Notes: generated from the sequence alone by a model not told the origin. A stretch of 63,954 nucleotides of DNA, filler included, from an uncultured Acidimicrobiia bacterium (GCA_964347285.1; 3 parts of 3 records of this genome joined end to end with filler, not necessarily neighbours in it); one strand, 5' to 3'; shown: positions 36,597-47,105, counted from the first letter of the whole stretch. Program-made: numbers and translations.

Positions 36597-37652
36597 GTGG
36601 CAGTCGAGGTGGTGATGCCCGTCATCACCGAAGAAGGTGAGGACGGGGTAGTCACCTCGTGGATGGTCGACGAGGGCACCCCGGTTACTGCCGGGCAGCT
36701 GATCGCCGAGGTCCAGGCAGAGAAGGTGGCCGAGGAGGTGCACGCTCCCTCCGACGGCCTGGTGCACAACCGGGTGGGCATCAATGAGCCGGTGCCGCAA
36801 GGACGGCCGATCTGCCTGATCGTCTCTGAAGACGAGGAGGCAGCCAAGCCTGCGGCACCGGCGGCCCCCCCGGCGGGGACGGCCGAGCCGGAGCCTGCCC
36901 TGGTGCCGGCCTCGCCGGCGGCGCGGCGGGTGGCCCGGGAGCTGGGCGTCGATTTGGCGGCAGTTGCCGGCACCGGTCCCGGGGGCAGGATCACAGAGGC
37001 CGATGTGCAGGGCGCGGCGGGGGAGGGGGGCGCGGCTCCCGCGACGCTCACCGGCTTGCGAGCGGTGATTGCCCGCAACATGCGAGAGAGCCTGCGAACG
37101 ACGGCGCCGGTCACGCTTACCACGACCGTCGACGTCACCGAGTCCCTGCCGGATCACATCACGGCGTGGATCGTCGGTGCGACCGCATCGGCACTGACCC
37201 GGCATCCGGCGTTGAACGGGATCCGCGAAGGCGACCGGTTCGTACCGGGCCGGAGGGTCGACATCGCGTTGGCCATCCAGACCGACGACGGCCTGGTAGC
37301 CCCCGTGCTGCGCGACCCGGCCGCTCAGTCGGTTGAATCGCTGGCCGAGGAGATCGCCGGGCTGGCGGAGCGAGCCCGCGCCAAGCAGTTGACCTCGACG
37401 GATTTCGAGGGCGCCACGTTCTCGGTGACCAACTTGGGGGCTTACGGCATCGACGGTTTCACGCCGATCATCAATCCGCCACAGGTCGCCATTCTCGGTG
37501 TAGGCGCGGTCCGCACCGTGCCCGGCCTCGACGACGGCGAGGTGGTGGCTCGCAAGCACCTGACGCTGAGCCTCACGTTCGACCACTCGTTCGTCGACGG
37601 CGCCCCCGCGGCCGCCTTCCTCGCCGAGGTGCGCGAGTTGCTGGAAAGCTGA
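36597..37652 (+). CDS. acoC: Dihydrolipoamide acyltransferase E2
   Basis: Lipoyl domain (EVQAEKV), E3-binding ASPAARR...GTGPGGRIT, FTPIINPPQ, LTFDHSFVDGA. Confidence 0.87.
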   Translation: MAVEVVMPVITEEGEDGVVTSWMVDEGTPVTAGQLIAEVQAEKVAEEVHAPSDGLVHNRVGINEPVPQGRPICLIVSEDEEAAKPAAPAAPPAGTAEPEPALVPASPAARRVARELGVDLAAVAGTGPGGRITEADVQGAAGEGGAAPATLTGLRAVIARNMRESLRTTAPVTLTTTVDVTESLPDHITAWIVGATASALTRHPALNGIREGDRFVPGRRVDIALAIQTDDGLVAPVLRDPAAQSVESLAEEIAGLAERARAKQLTSTDFEGATFSVTNLGAYGIDGFTPIINPPQVAILGVGAVRTVPGLDDGEVVARKHLTLSLTFDHSFVDGAPAAAFLAEVRELLES

Positions 37653-37672
37653 AGCCGGGCTTCTCGAGACTG

Positions 37673-37858
37673 CCCCCTCCGCCCCTGCGGGGTTGGTCAG
37701 CCTCCGGGAGAGGAAGCGGAGCCGGCGGTCCCTGGGGAGAGGGGCTTCCGCGCTGGAAGAACGCGCTCCCTCCGCCCCTGCGGGGCACCTCCCCCTCCAG
37801 GGGGAGAAAACGGGCCCCCTCCGCCTCTGCGGGGCACCTCGCTCTCCGGGGGAGAGGT
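37673..37858. repeat. Cluster of the same palindromic repeat family (right of aco operon)
   Basis: CCCTCCGCCCCTGCGGGGCACCTCC at ~37768, variants at ~37675 and ~37816. Confidence 0.75.
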
Positions 37859-37860
37859 CG

Positions 37861-38196
37861 TCAGCCCTCAGAACGTTGGAGCTGACCCTGCATCCAGTGC
37901 CAGGCGGCCACGGTCTTCGGAAAGCCGCAGGTGTTCATGCCCAGCATGATCGCCTGCTCCATCTCTTCGACGGTGGCGCCGTGTCCCATGGCCCTCCGCA
38001 CGTGGGATCGGGTCGCCGACTCCAGGCCGGCCCCGAGACAGATGCCGATCTTGATGAGCTCGCAGGTCTTGGCATCGAGCGGGCCCATCTCCGCCACGGC
38101 TTCGGCGACCCGGGCATGGGCCGCACCGATCTCAGGGAATCTCTCGATGAAGGCCTTGTAGGTGGAGGGGACCTTGCCGGACGGCGCGTCGCTCAT
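37861..38196 (-). CDS. Carboxymuconolactone decarboxylase (AhpD-like) family protein
   Basis: GPLDAKTCELIKIG, H..RA...GAT.EE, GFP. Confidence 0.85.
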   Translation of the reverse strand: MSDAPSGKVPSTYKAFIERFPEIGAAHARVAEAVAEMGPLDAKTCELIKIGICLGAGLESATRSHVRRAMGHGATVEEMEQAIMLGMNTCGFPKTVAAWHWMQGQLQRSEG

Positions 38197-38328
38197 CGGA
38201 CCTCTTCTCCCAGCTCGACTGAAACGGGCAGAACGCCCGGGCAGGCATGGTACCGACGGGCCCTGGGGCCCGGGTGCCGGTGGGGCCGATCGAAGGCCCA
38301 GTCCAGGTCCCTGCCGTAGGCTGTCCCC

Positions 38329-39129
38329 ATGTCGAAGACCGCAGCGTGGAAGGTGGTCAAGGCCGGTGAACACGATCCCAGGATCGTCACCGACCAGCTG
38401 GTCACGGAGGCCCCCGTCGAGATCCTGCTCGGGAAGATTCCGTTGGCCGTGCTGATGCGGACACCCGGAGACGACGAGGATCTGGTACTCGGCTTTGCGA
38501 TTACGGAGGGGATCGTGCTCGGCCCGGCCGAGGTCGGGCGCGTCGCCATCGTGCCCGGTGACCCGCACGAGAACCGATTGGAGCTGCAGCTGGCCGAGGG
38601 AGTCCAGGTCGATCCGGAGCAGTTCCGGCGCAACGTGTTCGCTTCGTCCTCGTGCGGCGTATGCGGCAAGGCGTCGATCGATGCGCTCCGAGTGGCGGCC
38701 CCACCCCCTCCCCCGGGCCCCAGCTTCAGCGCATCGGATTTGCTGCGGCTGCCTCACGTGATGTCGGAGGCGCAGGCCACTTTCGAACAGACCGGCGGTC
38801 TGCACGCCGCCGCCCTTTTCACTCCCAGCGGCGAGCTGCTGGCGATCCGGGAGGACGTGGGTCGTCACAATGCCGTCGACAAGGTCGTCGGCGCCCTGGC
38901 CGCCGAGCGCTGGCCGCTGGGCGAGCTCATTCTGCTGGTGTCGGGCCGGGTCTCGTTCGAGGTCGTGCAGAAGGCTGCTGTAGCCGGAATACCCGTGATC
39001 TGCGGGGTGTCGGCAGCATCGTCGCTGGCGGCGGAGCTCGCCGAGGAACTGGGCTTGACCGTGATCGGCTTTCTACGCGATCGGGACTTCAACATCTACA
39101 GCGGTGCCGGTCGACTTCAGGTCGACTGA
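38329..39129 (+). CDS. fdhD: Formate dehydrogenase sulfurtransferase FdhD
   Basis: MRTPG.DEDL..GF..TEG, SSCGVCGK, TGGLHAA, EDVGRHNAVDK. Confidence 0.95.
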   Translation: MSKTAAWKVVKAGEHDPRIVTDQLVTEAPVEILLGKIPLAVLMRTPGDDEDLVLGFAITEGIVLGPAEVGRVAIVPGDPHENRLELQLAEGVQVDPEQFRRNVFASSSCGVCGKASIDALRVAAPPPPPGPSFSASDLLRLPHVMSEAQATFEQTGGLHAAALFTPSGELLAIREDVGRHNAVDKVVGALAAERWPLGELILLVSGRVSFEVVQKAAVAGIPVICGVSAASSLAAELAEELGLTVIGFLRDRDFNIYSGAGRLQVD

Positions 39130-39333
39130 CACGCTGAGGTCGGCGGCGGCCGGCCCGGGCAGAACCACTTCGGCGAGGCGTTCTCCGGGGACCGGGCTGT
39201 TGGGGCCGGTTTTGACAACGGACCGAGGCCGCACATGCCTCGGGTACCACCAACAGCGGTGTACGTCGTTCTGACGGCTCGCATGAAGGCGGATAAGGTG
39301 CGAAAGATCCCAGAGGAAAGGCGGGGCCGCGCA

Positions 39334-40005
39334 ATGAACCGGATGAGCGAGGTGTTGGTATTCGACGTCAACGAAACGCTGCTCGACATGCGGGCCATGC
39401 GGGCCGGATTCGAAGAGGTGCTCGGCGACGCCACGCTGCTTCCCCAATGGTTCGGGCAGCTGCTGCGCAACTCGCTGGTGGCGACCGTCACCGAGACCTA
39501 CGCCCCATTCGACGTCCAGGGAGTGGCGGCTCTCCAGTTGACGGCCCGTCGAGCGGGGATCGACCTCTCGCCCGAGGACGGGGTGGCGCTGGTGGCCAGG
39601 ATGGAAGTACTGCCGCCCCACCCCGACGTGATGCCGGCGATGACCCGGTTTCGTGAGGCCGGGGTGCGCATGGCGACCTTGACCAACTCGGCCCCGCCGG
39701 TGCTGGAGGCCCAGATCCGCAACGCCGGCCTGACCGAGTTCTTCGAGCGATTGCTCTCCGTGGAACCGGTCGGTTTGTTCAAACCGGCACGACAGACCTA
39801 CCACTACGCCGCCCAGCAGCTCGGAGTCGATATCGGGGCCATGCGCCTCGTGGCCGCCCACGATTGGGACGTCACCGGGGCCATCCGGGCCGGAGCCAAG
39901 GGCGCCTTCGTGGCTCGTCCCGGCATGTTCCTGGGCGAACTCTCCGAACGCCCCGACATCGTCGGTCCCGACCTCGGCGCGATCGCCGCTCTGCTGCTCG
40001 ACTGA
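39334..40005 (+). CDS. Haloacid dehalogenase type II
   Basis: FDVNETLLD, LTNS, FKPA...Y, VAAHDWDVTGA. Confidence 0.88.
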   Translation: MNRMSEVLVFDVNETLLDMRAMRAGFEEVLGDATLLPQWFGQLLRNSLVATVTETYAPFDVQGVAALQLTARRAGIDLSPEDGVALVARMEVLPPHPDVMPAMTRFREAGVRMATLTNSAPPVLEAQIRNAGLTEFFERLLSVEPVGLFKPARQTYHYAAQQLGVDIGAMRLVAAHDWDVTGAIRAGAKGAFVARPGMFLGELSERPDIVGPDLGAIAALLLD

Positions 40006-40233
40006 ACCGCCCCGCCGGAGAGGACGGGGCGCGGCCGACGCCACAACGGGACGATCACCCGACCGCCCAGGGAGGATCTCTGCGTACCGAGCGCGTCGGG
40101 TAGCCGTCCGACGGCCCTGGGGTCAAGGGCCCTTTGGCCCTGGCCGGTGCGCTCCCGGTCTGGCGCGCTGGCGGAGCACGGTGAAGCGTCTGGGCGTCCG
40201 CGTCCGGAGCGCCGATGAGCGGGAGGTGCAGGG

Positions 40234-43086
40234 ATGACCGGCCAAGAAACCAGACGCGGCTACGCCGTCTTCGAGTGGTTGAACAGCCACATCAGGGTGG
40301 TGTCGGCGGTGGTGATCGTCGCTGCGGTCGCCCTCGGGTTCTTGGGGCCGGCTGTTGCCCAAGAGGGCGAGCCCGATTTCAGTCCCGGCGGGGAGATCTA
40401 CGACACCGAGGAGCTGGCCGAGGAGCGTTTCGCCTCCGACTCCCCGATCAGGGGGGCGGCATACCTGATCGAACATCCCGACGGCGGCGACGTGCTCACC
40501 GCGGCTTCGCTCCGGGAGTTGAAGGGATACTCGGACGCCGTGCGGGCAACCGAGGACTTTCGCACCCACGCCGTTGCCGTGTTCGACTACGACCTGGGGA
40601 TCGAGATAGATGGGCTCTTCTCCCTCGCCGATGCCGTCGACGAGCTGCTACCGGGCGGCCTGGCGGCGGCCAACGATGCCGACGTCAAGCTGGCGCTGGA
40701 CGCGCTGCTGGCCGACGACGCTCCGACCAGCGGCCTCCGCTTCAGCCTGTCCCAACTGGCCACCAGGAACCCGGGCGAGATCGGTGGCCGCGACGCGGTG
40801 ATCTGGGAGTCGCCGGCGTTCCTCGCCCAGCTGCGTTACAGCATCGCCGGATTCGACACCGCTCAAGAGGTCGAGGGATTCGAGGAGACCAGCAACCTGG
40901 ATGCCGAGCGCTGGCTGCGCGACGTGCAGACGGCACTGCGGGGCGACCAGAACGACGTCACCGCCATCGGGGTTGCCATCGATCCGGGCCTGGTCGACGA
41001 GGAGCAGACCACCGAGACGGCGCCCTACATCTTCTTCGCCGTTGCCTTCATCCTCATCGTCGTCGGAGCCTTGCTCCGCTCTTATTGGGCGGCGATGCTG
41101 GCCGGCGTCGGCCTGGGGGCGGTGATGATGTCCTACAACGGCATCAACTCTCTGATCGGGCTCAAGGTCGAGTCCCCGCTCATCATCTTCATAGTCCCGA
41201 TCGCGCTGATCGCATTCGGGATCGACTTCTTCATCCACGGCAGCGGCCGGGCCCGGGAGATGCAGGTGGAAGGCCACTCCCGGGAGCGGGCGTATCCGCT
41301 GGGAATGACCGCCCTGTTCACCGCGCTGCTCCTGGCGGCGCTGACGTCGATCGGCGCGTTCCTCTCCAACACCGCCTCCGGCATTCAGGCGATCATCGAG
41401 TTCGGCATCGCCGCGGCGGTGGCGATCGCCCTGTCGTACCTGATCCTGGGGCTGATCGCTCCCAAGCAGCTGCTCGCCATCGAAGAGGCGCTGGGCCCGC
41501 GACCGGCCGATCACGGACTCCACATCGGTCGCAAGCTGCTGTTCCTGGTGGCCGCCGTCGTGGGTGGGCTCACCGTGACGCTGGCGATCATGATGCCCGC
41601 CATCGGCGTGTTCGCCTACGTGGTCTTCCTGCTGCTGTTCGTGGCCCTGCCGTACGCACTCACCCGGGCCCGCAACCGCAGGGCGGCCGAGGCGGGCAAG
41701 CCGCTGACCGAGGCGGTGAAGGGGGCCGGACACGGTTTCCGCGCCGCGGGCACCGTTGTGCATTTCCTTGCTCGCTGGCGGGTGGTCACGGTTCCGGTGG
41801 TGGTGGCGCTGGCCATCGTCGGCGTCCTCGGCGCGTTCCGCGTCGAGACCGGGTTCAAGATCGCCGACTTCTACAGCACCAAGACCGATTTCATCAAGAG
41901 CATCAACGCCTTCGAGGACCACTTCGGAACCAGCGCTTCTGGAACTGGTTACATCTACCTCGAGGGCGACCTCACCGCGCCGTCCACCCTGTCGGCGATG
42001 GAAAGGGCGATCGGCGAGCTCGATGCCTCCGGCGTTGAGCTGGCCCGTGACTTCAACGGGGATCTCGAGGTCGCTCCCAACGCGGCCACCGTTGCTCGTC
42101 TCGCCGCGGCGTTTGAGACCGCCCGGGAAGCGATCGCCGGAGCCACCGGCGTGACCCCTACCGACGACGACGGCGACGGCCTCCCCGACACGGCCGATCA
42201 GGTGCGGGCCGCCTACGAGTTCGCGGCGGCCAACGGCGTGCTCGGAATGTTCGGGGAGACGGTCTTCCGCCCCGACCAGGTGCAGGAGTTCCTGTACATC
42301 GATCAGGCCAACCGGGTGCAGGGCACCCGCCTCGAGGTGGTGGTGCCGTCGGTGACCGACGATCCGGCCGTGCTGGCCGCTCGGGACGCTCTCGACGACG
42401 CCGCCGCCAATCTGGAGACCGAGCTGGCCGGCGTTCCCATCGACGTGCTCAGTGTGTCGGGGTCGGCCATCACCACCCAGGACACGCTCGAGTCGTTCAC
42501 CGGATCGATGCTGATCTCGCTGCCGGTGGCGGTGCTGGTGACCGTGATCATCGTGCTGCTGGCGCTGCGTTCGGTCCGCTACGCGCTCATCTCGATGGTC
42601 CCGATCTTGCTGGTGGTGGCCTGGCTGTATGGATTCATGTGGTGGGTCGACTACGAGGTGAACGTGGTCACCGCCACCATCGCCGCCATCGCCGTCGGTG
42701 TGGGCATCGACTACGCCACCCACTTCACCGTCCGGTTCCGTCAGGAGTTCGAGGGCGAGCCGAGTCGCTTCCCGGCCTTACGGCGGGCCGGGGAGGGCAC
42801 CGGTGGCGCCCTGGCCATCTCGGCGCTCACCTCGATGACCGGCTTCCTGGTCATGGCCGTGGCCCCGATGCCGATCTTCTCCACGTTCGGCGTATTGACG
42901 GCGGTGATGATCATCTTCGCCCTGCTGGTATCGCTCCTCGTGCTGCCCAGCCTCTTGCTGCTGGTGACGCCGTCCCGCAAGGGTGAGGAGCGGGAGCTCC
43001 TCGAGGAGGCCATCACCCGCGGCGAGTTCGTCTACGAGCCGCACGCCCGCGAGACCGCCCTGCGGGGACACCGCGAGGATCAGTAG
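40234..43086 (+). CDS. MMPL/RND family transporter
   Basis: 950 aa, two TM bundles with GIDF/GIDY, two extracytoplasmic loops. Confidence 0.88.
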   Translation: MTGQETRRGYAVFEWLNSHIRVVSAVVIVAAVALGFLGPAVAQEGEPDFSPGGEIYDTEELAEERFASDSPIRGAAYLIEHPDGGDVLTAASLRELKGYSDAVRATEDFRTHAVAVFDYDLGIEIDGLFSLADAVDELLPGGLAAANDADVKLALDALLADDAPTSGLRFSLSQLATRNPGEIGGRDAVIWESPAFLAQLRYSIAGFDTAQEVEGFEETSNLDAERWLRDVQTALRGDQNDVTAIGVAIDPGLVDEEQTTETAPYIFFAVAFILIVVGALLRSYWAAMLAGVGLGAVMMSYNGINSLIGLKVESPLIIFIVPIALIAFGIDFFIHGSGRAREMQVEGHSRERAYPLGMTALFTALLLAALTSIGAFLSNTASGIQAIIEFGIAAAVAIALSYLILGLIAPKQLLAIEEALGPRPADHGLHIGRKLLFLVAAVVGGLTVTLAIMMPAIGVFAYVVFLLLFVALPYALTRARNRRAAEAGKPLTEAVKGAGHGFRAAGTVVHFLARWRVVTVPVVVALAIVGVLGAFRVETGFKIADFYSTKTDFIKSINAFEDHFGTSASGTGYIYLEGDLTAPSTLSAMERAIGELDASGVELARDFNGDLEVAPNAATVARLAAAFETAREAIAGATGVTPTDDDGDGLPDTADQVRAAYEFAAANGVLGMFGETVFRPDQVQEFLYIDQANRVQGTRLEVVVPSVTDDPAVLAARDALDDAAANLETELAGVPIDVLSVSGSAITTQDTLESFTGSMLISLPVAVLVTVIIVLLALRSVRYALISMVPILLVVAWLYGFMWWVDYEVNVVTATIAAIAVGVGIDYATHFTVRFRQEFEGEPSRFPALRRAGEGTGGALAISALTSMTGFLVMAVAPMPIFSTFGVLTAVMIIFALLVSLLVLPSLLLLVTPSRKGEERELLEEAITRGEFVYEPHARETALRGHREDQ

Positions 43087-43517
43087 CGGGAGGAGGCCGC
43101 CTCCGGGCCGGGGCGGGCTCGCACCCGGTCGCGGCCGGGTGCTCCTCGCTGCGTGACGTAATACCCCGGTTTCCCGGGTGGTTGACCTCCGACAATGCTG
43201 CTCCTTGCTCTTCTCCTGTGGGCCGCCGTGAATCGCCACACCGGCGGGCCCTGCCCTTCTCTCCCCACCTGTACGTCGCCCCGCGCCGTGGGCAGCACCG
43301 TGGAAAGCCGATCGAGTGAATCCATCAGCGTCTCAGACCACGACACCCGTGCCCCTCATGCAGGTTCGTTGATCCCAAGGTAACTGGGACGCCGGGTGAG
43401 CAATGCAGGTATGGTCGTAGATATGGCCGCGCCGTCGGGCGTCCGATTTGGTAGTGAACGAGACGGTTGGGCGTCGCCGTCGCCTGACTACGCCGGACGC
43501 CGGGAGGAGGTTCTCGC

Positions 43518-43829
43518 ATGCTGTTCCACATCACCCTGACTCACGACATCGACAACTGCCCTGGGTACGACGACGCTCTGAGAAACCGCGCCATGCAGGC
43601 GTACGCCGGCCTCGACGACGTCGCCGCCGAGTACGGCGTCGTGATCCGCGACCACTACAACGCGGCCCCCGACCACGTGGAGTTCATCGTGGCGGAGGCC
43701 CCCAGCAACATGGCGCTCGCCATGTTCTTCACTGCGGCGCTTCCCTACAAGGTGGAGTTCGACTCCAAGGTCGTGACCGACCGGGCCGGGATGACCAGCC
43801 TCATGGAGTCGATGCCTCCCCCGACCTGA
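43518..43829 (+). CDS. Small hypothetical protein (GYD/DUF3303-like dimeric barrel)
   Basis: GGAGGAGG SD; F.I...H...CP...H....VEA pattern. Confidence 0.6.
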   Translation: MLFHITLTHDIDNCPGYDDALRNRAMQAYAGLDDVAAEYGVVIRDHYNAAPDHVEFIVAEAPSNMALAMFFTAALPYKVEFDSKVVTDRAGMTSLMESMPPPT

Positions 43830-44299
43830 TACTCCGCAGCCAAGCCAGCCTCACTGCGTGCCGTCTAGTTCTGGAATTACGGAGGTGGTTTACATCCGGG
43901 CCTCAGAGTGAGGAGGCTCGATGACTGGCTCGCCAAGGTCGGTTCCAGGCCATCTCCGGCAATTCCTCGAGCCGGCGCTGGGAGACCTCGGCGGAGGCCA
44001 CGCCGTACGACCATGCGGTGAACCCCACGCAGCGTGCCTGGTCCCGCCCCCGCCGAAGTAGCCGTGCTGGCTCACGCGTGAGTGAGCCGGCCGGAACACA
44101 TCGAGGGAGGGGTGGAGAAGCTCGAGACGCTTCTCCAACCTCTTCGCGAAGTACTTCAGGCCGTATGGATTGGACGCCACTCAGCGTCGCTTCTGCGGCG
44201 TGCACCCCGCCGTGACAAGCAGGAGAACCGGAACACCCACGACCCCGCCCCCTCATCCCACCAGCGGGGAGACAGAGCAAGCCCTGCCGAGTCGCCGGT

Positions 44300-45078
44300 T
44301 CAGCTCTCGAGGAGCCACCTTCGAATCTGGTGCACCGCGTCCCCCGTCGCCATGGCTGCGCCGCGCTCGGTGAGGCGATCCGTCTCGCTTTCACAGATGG
44401 CGTGGACGACGCGCTGCCGAAGCGCCTCCAGCTCAGGATCCCGGACCCGGCCGTATTCGGCAGGCAACTCGGCTGCGAGCGATGTGCCCAAGGCAAGGAC
44501 GGCTCGCTCGTGATCCCCGGACGCAAGGAAGATCTCCACGGCGGTGTCCATGGTGCGGGCTTCATGGACGTCCCTCATGGGCAGGACCGGCAGACGGTCG
44601 ATCACCGCCACGAGACGCCGAGCGGCGGAGTCCGGATCTCCGAGAACCGCCTCGCATTGCGTCAAATACCGGGTTGCTCCGGCCCAGCAGTTGGCGTCCC
44701 CCACGTCTTCCAGCCGGGTGGCTCCGAGGGCGAGGAAGCCGGCCGCCTCGCCGGGTTCACTTTCGCGCCGCAGCAAGATGCCCAGGTAATGCAGCGCATG
44801 GCCGTACCGGTTGGGTGCATCCATGTTCGTGAGGATCTCGCACGCTCGACGCACGTTGGCGAGCGCCCACGCGTCGAGTTCCCTGTCTCCCTCGCCGTGC
44901 ATGCCGGCGCTATCGGCAAGCGTTGCGGCCAGCAGGAGGTCGTCGCCGCACTCTTCGAACAGGGCGAGCGCGATGTGCAGGTGCTCCATGATCCCCGCTC
45001 GTCGTCGGCAGGCAGATACGCGGCGAGGAGCAGGTTGATGAGGCCGCGTTCCCAGCGGGTCAAGAACGGTTCGACCAC
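44300..45078 (-). pseudogene. Remnant of a helical/TPR C-terminal region of a regulator, frameshifted and 5' truncated
   Basis: ORFs 44662-45078 and 44300-44989 join through a G-run near 44995; A...F...GD repeats; no N-terminal domain. Confidence 0.45.
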
Positions 45079-45238
45079 GAGTTCCAGCGCATCACCACCC
45101 GGTTGGGCGACCCGTCTTCGGATTGAACGAGCGTCGCCAGGCGCTGCGGGCTGTCCCGCCCTCTACGCTTCCGACTCCGCGCATGCCCGTTCCCTCCGGG
45201 GTTACGGCGATCAGCGGCTCGAGGCGCCGGCCGGTGGG

Positions 45239-45790
45239 CTACAGCAAGTCCGCAGTCGCCGCGATCTTGGCGCCGTAGAAGGTTTTCAGATAGTCGAGCG
45301 CCGCCTGCTGGCGTTCCTGGTACGGGGCCTCGGAAAGGGGCTCGAACACGGCGGTGGCATCGGAGGCCACCACGAGGTCGAGGCCGCGCCGATAGGCGTC
45401 GTACGAGGTGTGGCGCACGCAGCAGTCGGTGTGCTGGCCCACCAGCACCAGGCGCCCGACGTCATGAACGTCGATGGTGGCGTCGAGATCGGTCTGGGTG
45501 AACGCCGAGTAGAAGCGTTTGGGCACGATCTCGTCTCGCTCGTCGGGAGCGAGATCCGAAATGACCTGGGCACCTTTGGAGCCGGCCAGTGCATGCTCGC
45601 CGAACACCTCGAACTCGAGGTCGCCCGGCCGGTGCGCATCGTTGGCGTAGACGACCACCCAGTCGGGACGTGAGCGGGCCGCCTCGACGAGTCCGCCAAT
45701 CGGCTCGATGGTGGCTTTGGACGGTGGGTTGGCCAGCACGCCGTCGACAAAGTCGTTCAGCATGTCGACTACGACTACCGCGGTCTTCAT
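45239..45790 (-). CDS. Isochorismatase-family cysteine hydrolase
   Basis: VVDMLNDF, KRFYSAF, GQHTDCCVRHT..DA. Confidence 0.9.
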   Translation of the reverse strand: MKTAVVVVDMLNDFVDGVLANPPSKATIEPIGGLVEAARSRPDWVVVYANDAHRPGDLEFEVFGEHALAGSKGAQVISDLAPDERDEIVPKRFYSAFTQTDLDATIDVHDVGRLVLVGQHTDCCVRHTSYDAYRRGLDLVVASDATAVFEPLSEAPYQERQQAALDYLKTFYGAKIAATADLL

Positions 45791-45890
45791 GAAAGCACCT
45801 CCCTCTGCTCCATCCCACAGTACCCGTCCAAGCGGGTGCAGGCGGCACGCGGGCGGGGCAGACCTACGGTGCCCGGCTGCGCCCGAAGCC

Positions 45891-46433
45891 TCAGCCGGTG
45901 ACGATCGGAAGCGGAAGAGCCCGGCCGAGGGCAAGGCGGGCTTCCTCGACGGCCGCGAAGAACGGCTCGGCGGTATCGAAGGCCACCTCCACTGAGCTCA
46001 GCACATCCGGACCGCCGGTGGTAAACACCACCAGCTGATAATCGATCCCGTCCACGCAGCCCCAGCACTGCCCCGGTTCCAGACGGGTGCGCAGGGCCGA
46101 GAAGTCGGTGTCGGCGATGACGGCGGCCATTCGATCGGCGATGTCGGTGTCTATGACGGCGTCGGTCTCGGCCTCGGTCGGATCGGGCGGGATCTGGGGC
46201 GGCCCGGGAGCGAAGCGGTCGCGGTATAGATAGGCGTGCCCGTCGGACCACAACACGTAGGTGGCGCAGTTGGGCCCCATCATGGCGCAGCCCCCGCTCT
46301 CGTTGATCATGAGCAGCGGCGTCGGCGCGGCGGGGAGGGTGGTCTGGCCGATCGCCGGGGTCGGCTCGGCGCCGCCCGGGCCGGATCCACAGGCTGCCAG
46401 CAGTACCGCGAGGACGACGAATGCCGGTTTCAT
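45891..46433 (-). CDS. Hypothetical lipoprotein
   Basis: MKPAFVVLAVLLAAC lipobox; four additional Cys. Confidence 0.7.
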   Translation of the reverse strand: MKPAFVVLAVLLAACGSGPGGAEPTPAIGQTTLPAAPTPLLMINESGGCAMMGPNCATYVLWSDGHAYLYRDRFAPGPPQIPPDPTEAETDAVIDTDIADRMAAVIADTDFSALRTRLEPGQCWGCVDGIDYQLVVFTTGGPDVLSSVEVAFDTAEPFFAAVEEARLALGRALPLPIVTG

Positions 46434-46661
46434 TGCTCCTGAGACGATCGGCACGCGGCGGCGGATTCCCAAGGGCGGTGCAGGAGGTGATCGACGACGG
46501 CGATCCGGCCTGGTTCTCGGCGGCCTCCCAACTGACGGACGCGGACACGGCGGAGTGGCGCGCTTCGGTCGTCGGAGAGCTCGGCTTCGATCTGGGGAGG
46601 ATGCCTCGGCGGTAGTGCTTCTGTGCGGCGAGAATGTCCCCGGTACCGGGAGGCACCGCGA

Positions 46662-47003
46662 TTGGACAGTGACGAGCACATCGCCCGGAGCCTGCGGGAG
46701 CGGCGGCACCGGCTGGCTGAAGAATTGGCCCGCCTCACCGAAGCTCCGGCGACCGGCGTAAACGTTTCGTTCGGCAAGCGGATCGGCGACGGTACCACCG
46801 AGGCAATCGAACGCATCAGCACCACCGCGACCGCTCGTTCCCTCACCGCGTCGCTGGCGGCCATCGATCGGGCACTCGTCAAGCTGGCGGAGGGCTCGTA
46901 CGGTCGATGCGACCGGTGCCGCCGGGCGATCGGCCCCGAGCGCCTGGAGGCCATTCCGGCCGCTTCCCACTGCGTCGAGTGCAGCGCCGCCGACCACGCC
47001 TAG
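46662..47003 (+). CDS. TraR/DksA C4 zinc-finger protein
   Basis: IDRAL.KL.EGSYGRCDRC...I..ERLEAIP....CVEC; TTG start after GGGAGG. Confidence 0.85.
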   Translation: MDSDEHIARSLRERRHRLAEELARLTEAPATGVNVSFGKRIGDGTTEAIERISTTATARSLTASLAAIDRALVKLAEGSYGRCDRCRRAIGPERLEAIPAASHCVECSAADHA

Positions 47004-47105
47004 GGATTTGCAGCTTCCGGCAGCCAGAGGCCGACCCCATCTCGAAGTGGCTGTTTCCGTATAGGCGTGGAGCACGGGCCGGCTTGCCGGCGGCCCGACA
47101 AGCTC

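Noticed and set aside
39240..39310. Faint attC-like fragments (also ~43860-43900)
   Set aside because: No complete RYYYAAC...GTTRRRY pairing, no array and no integrase; not supportable by eye
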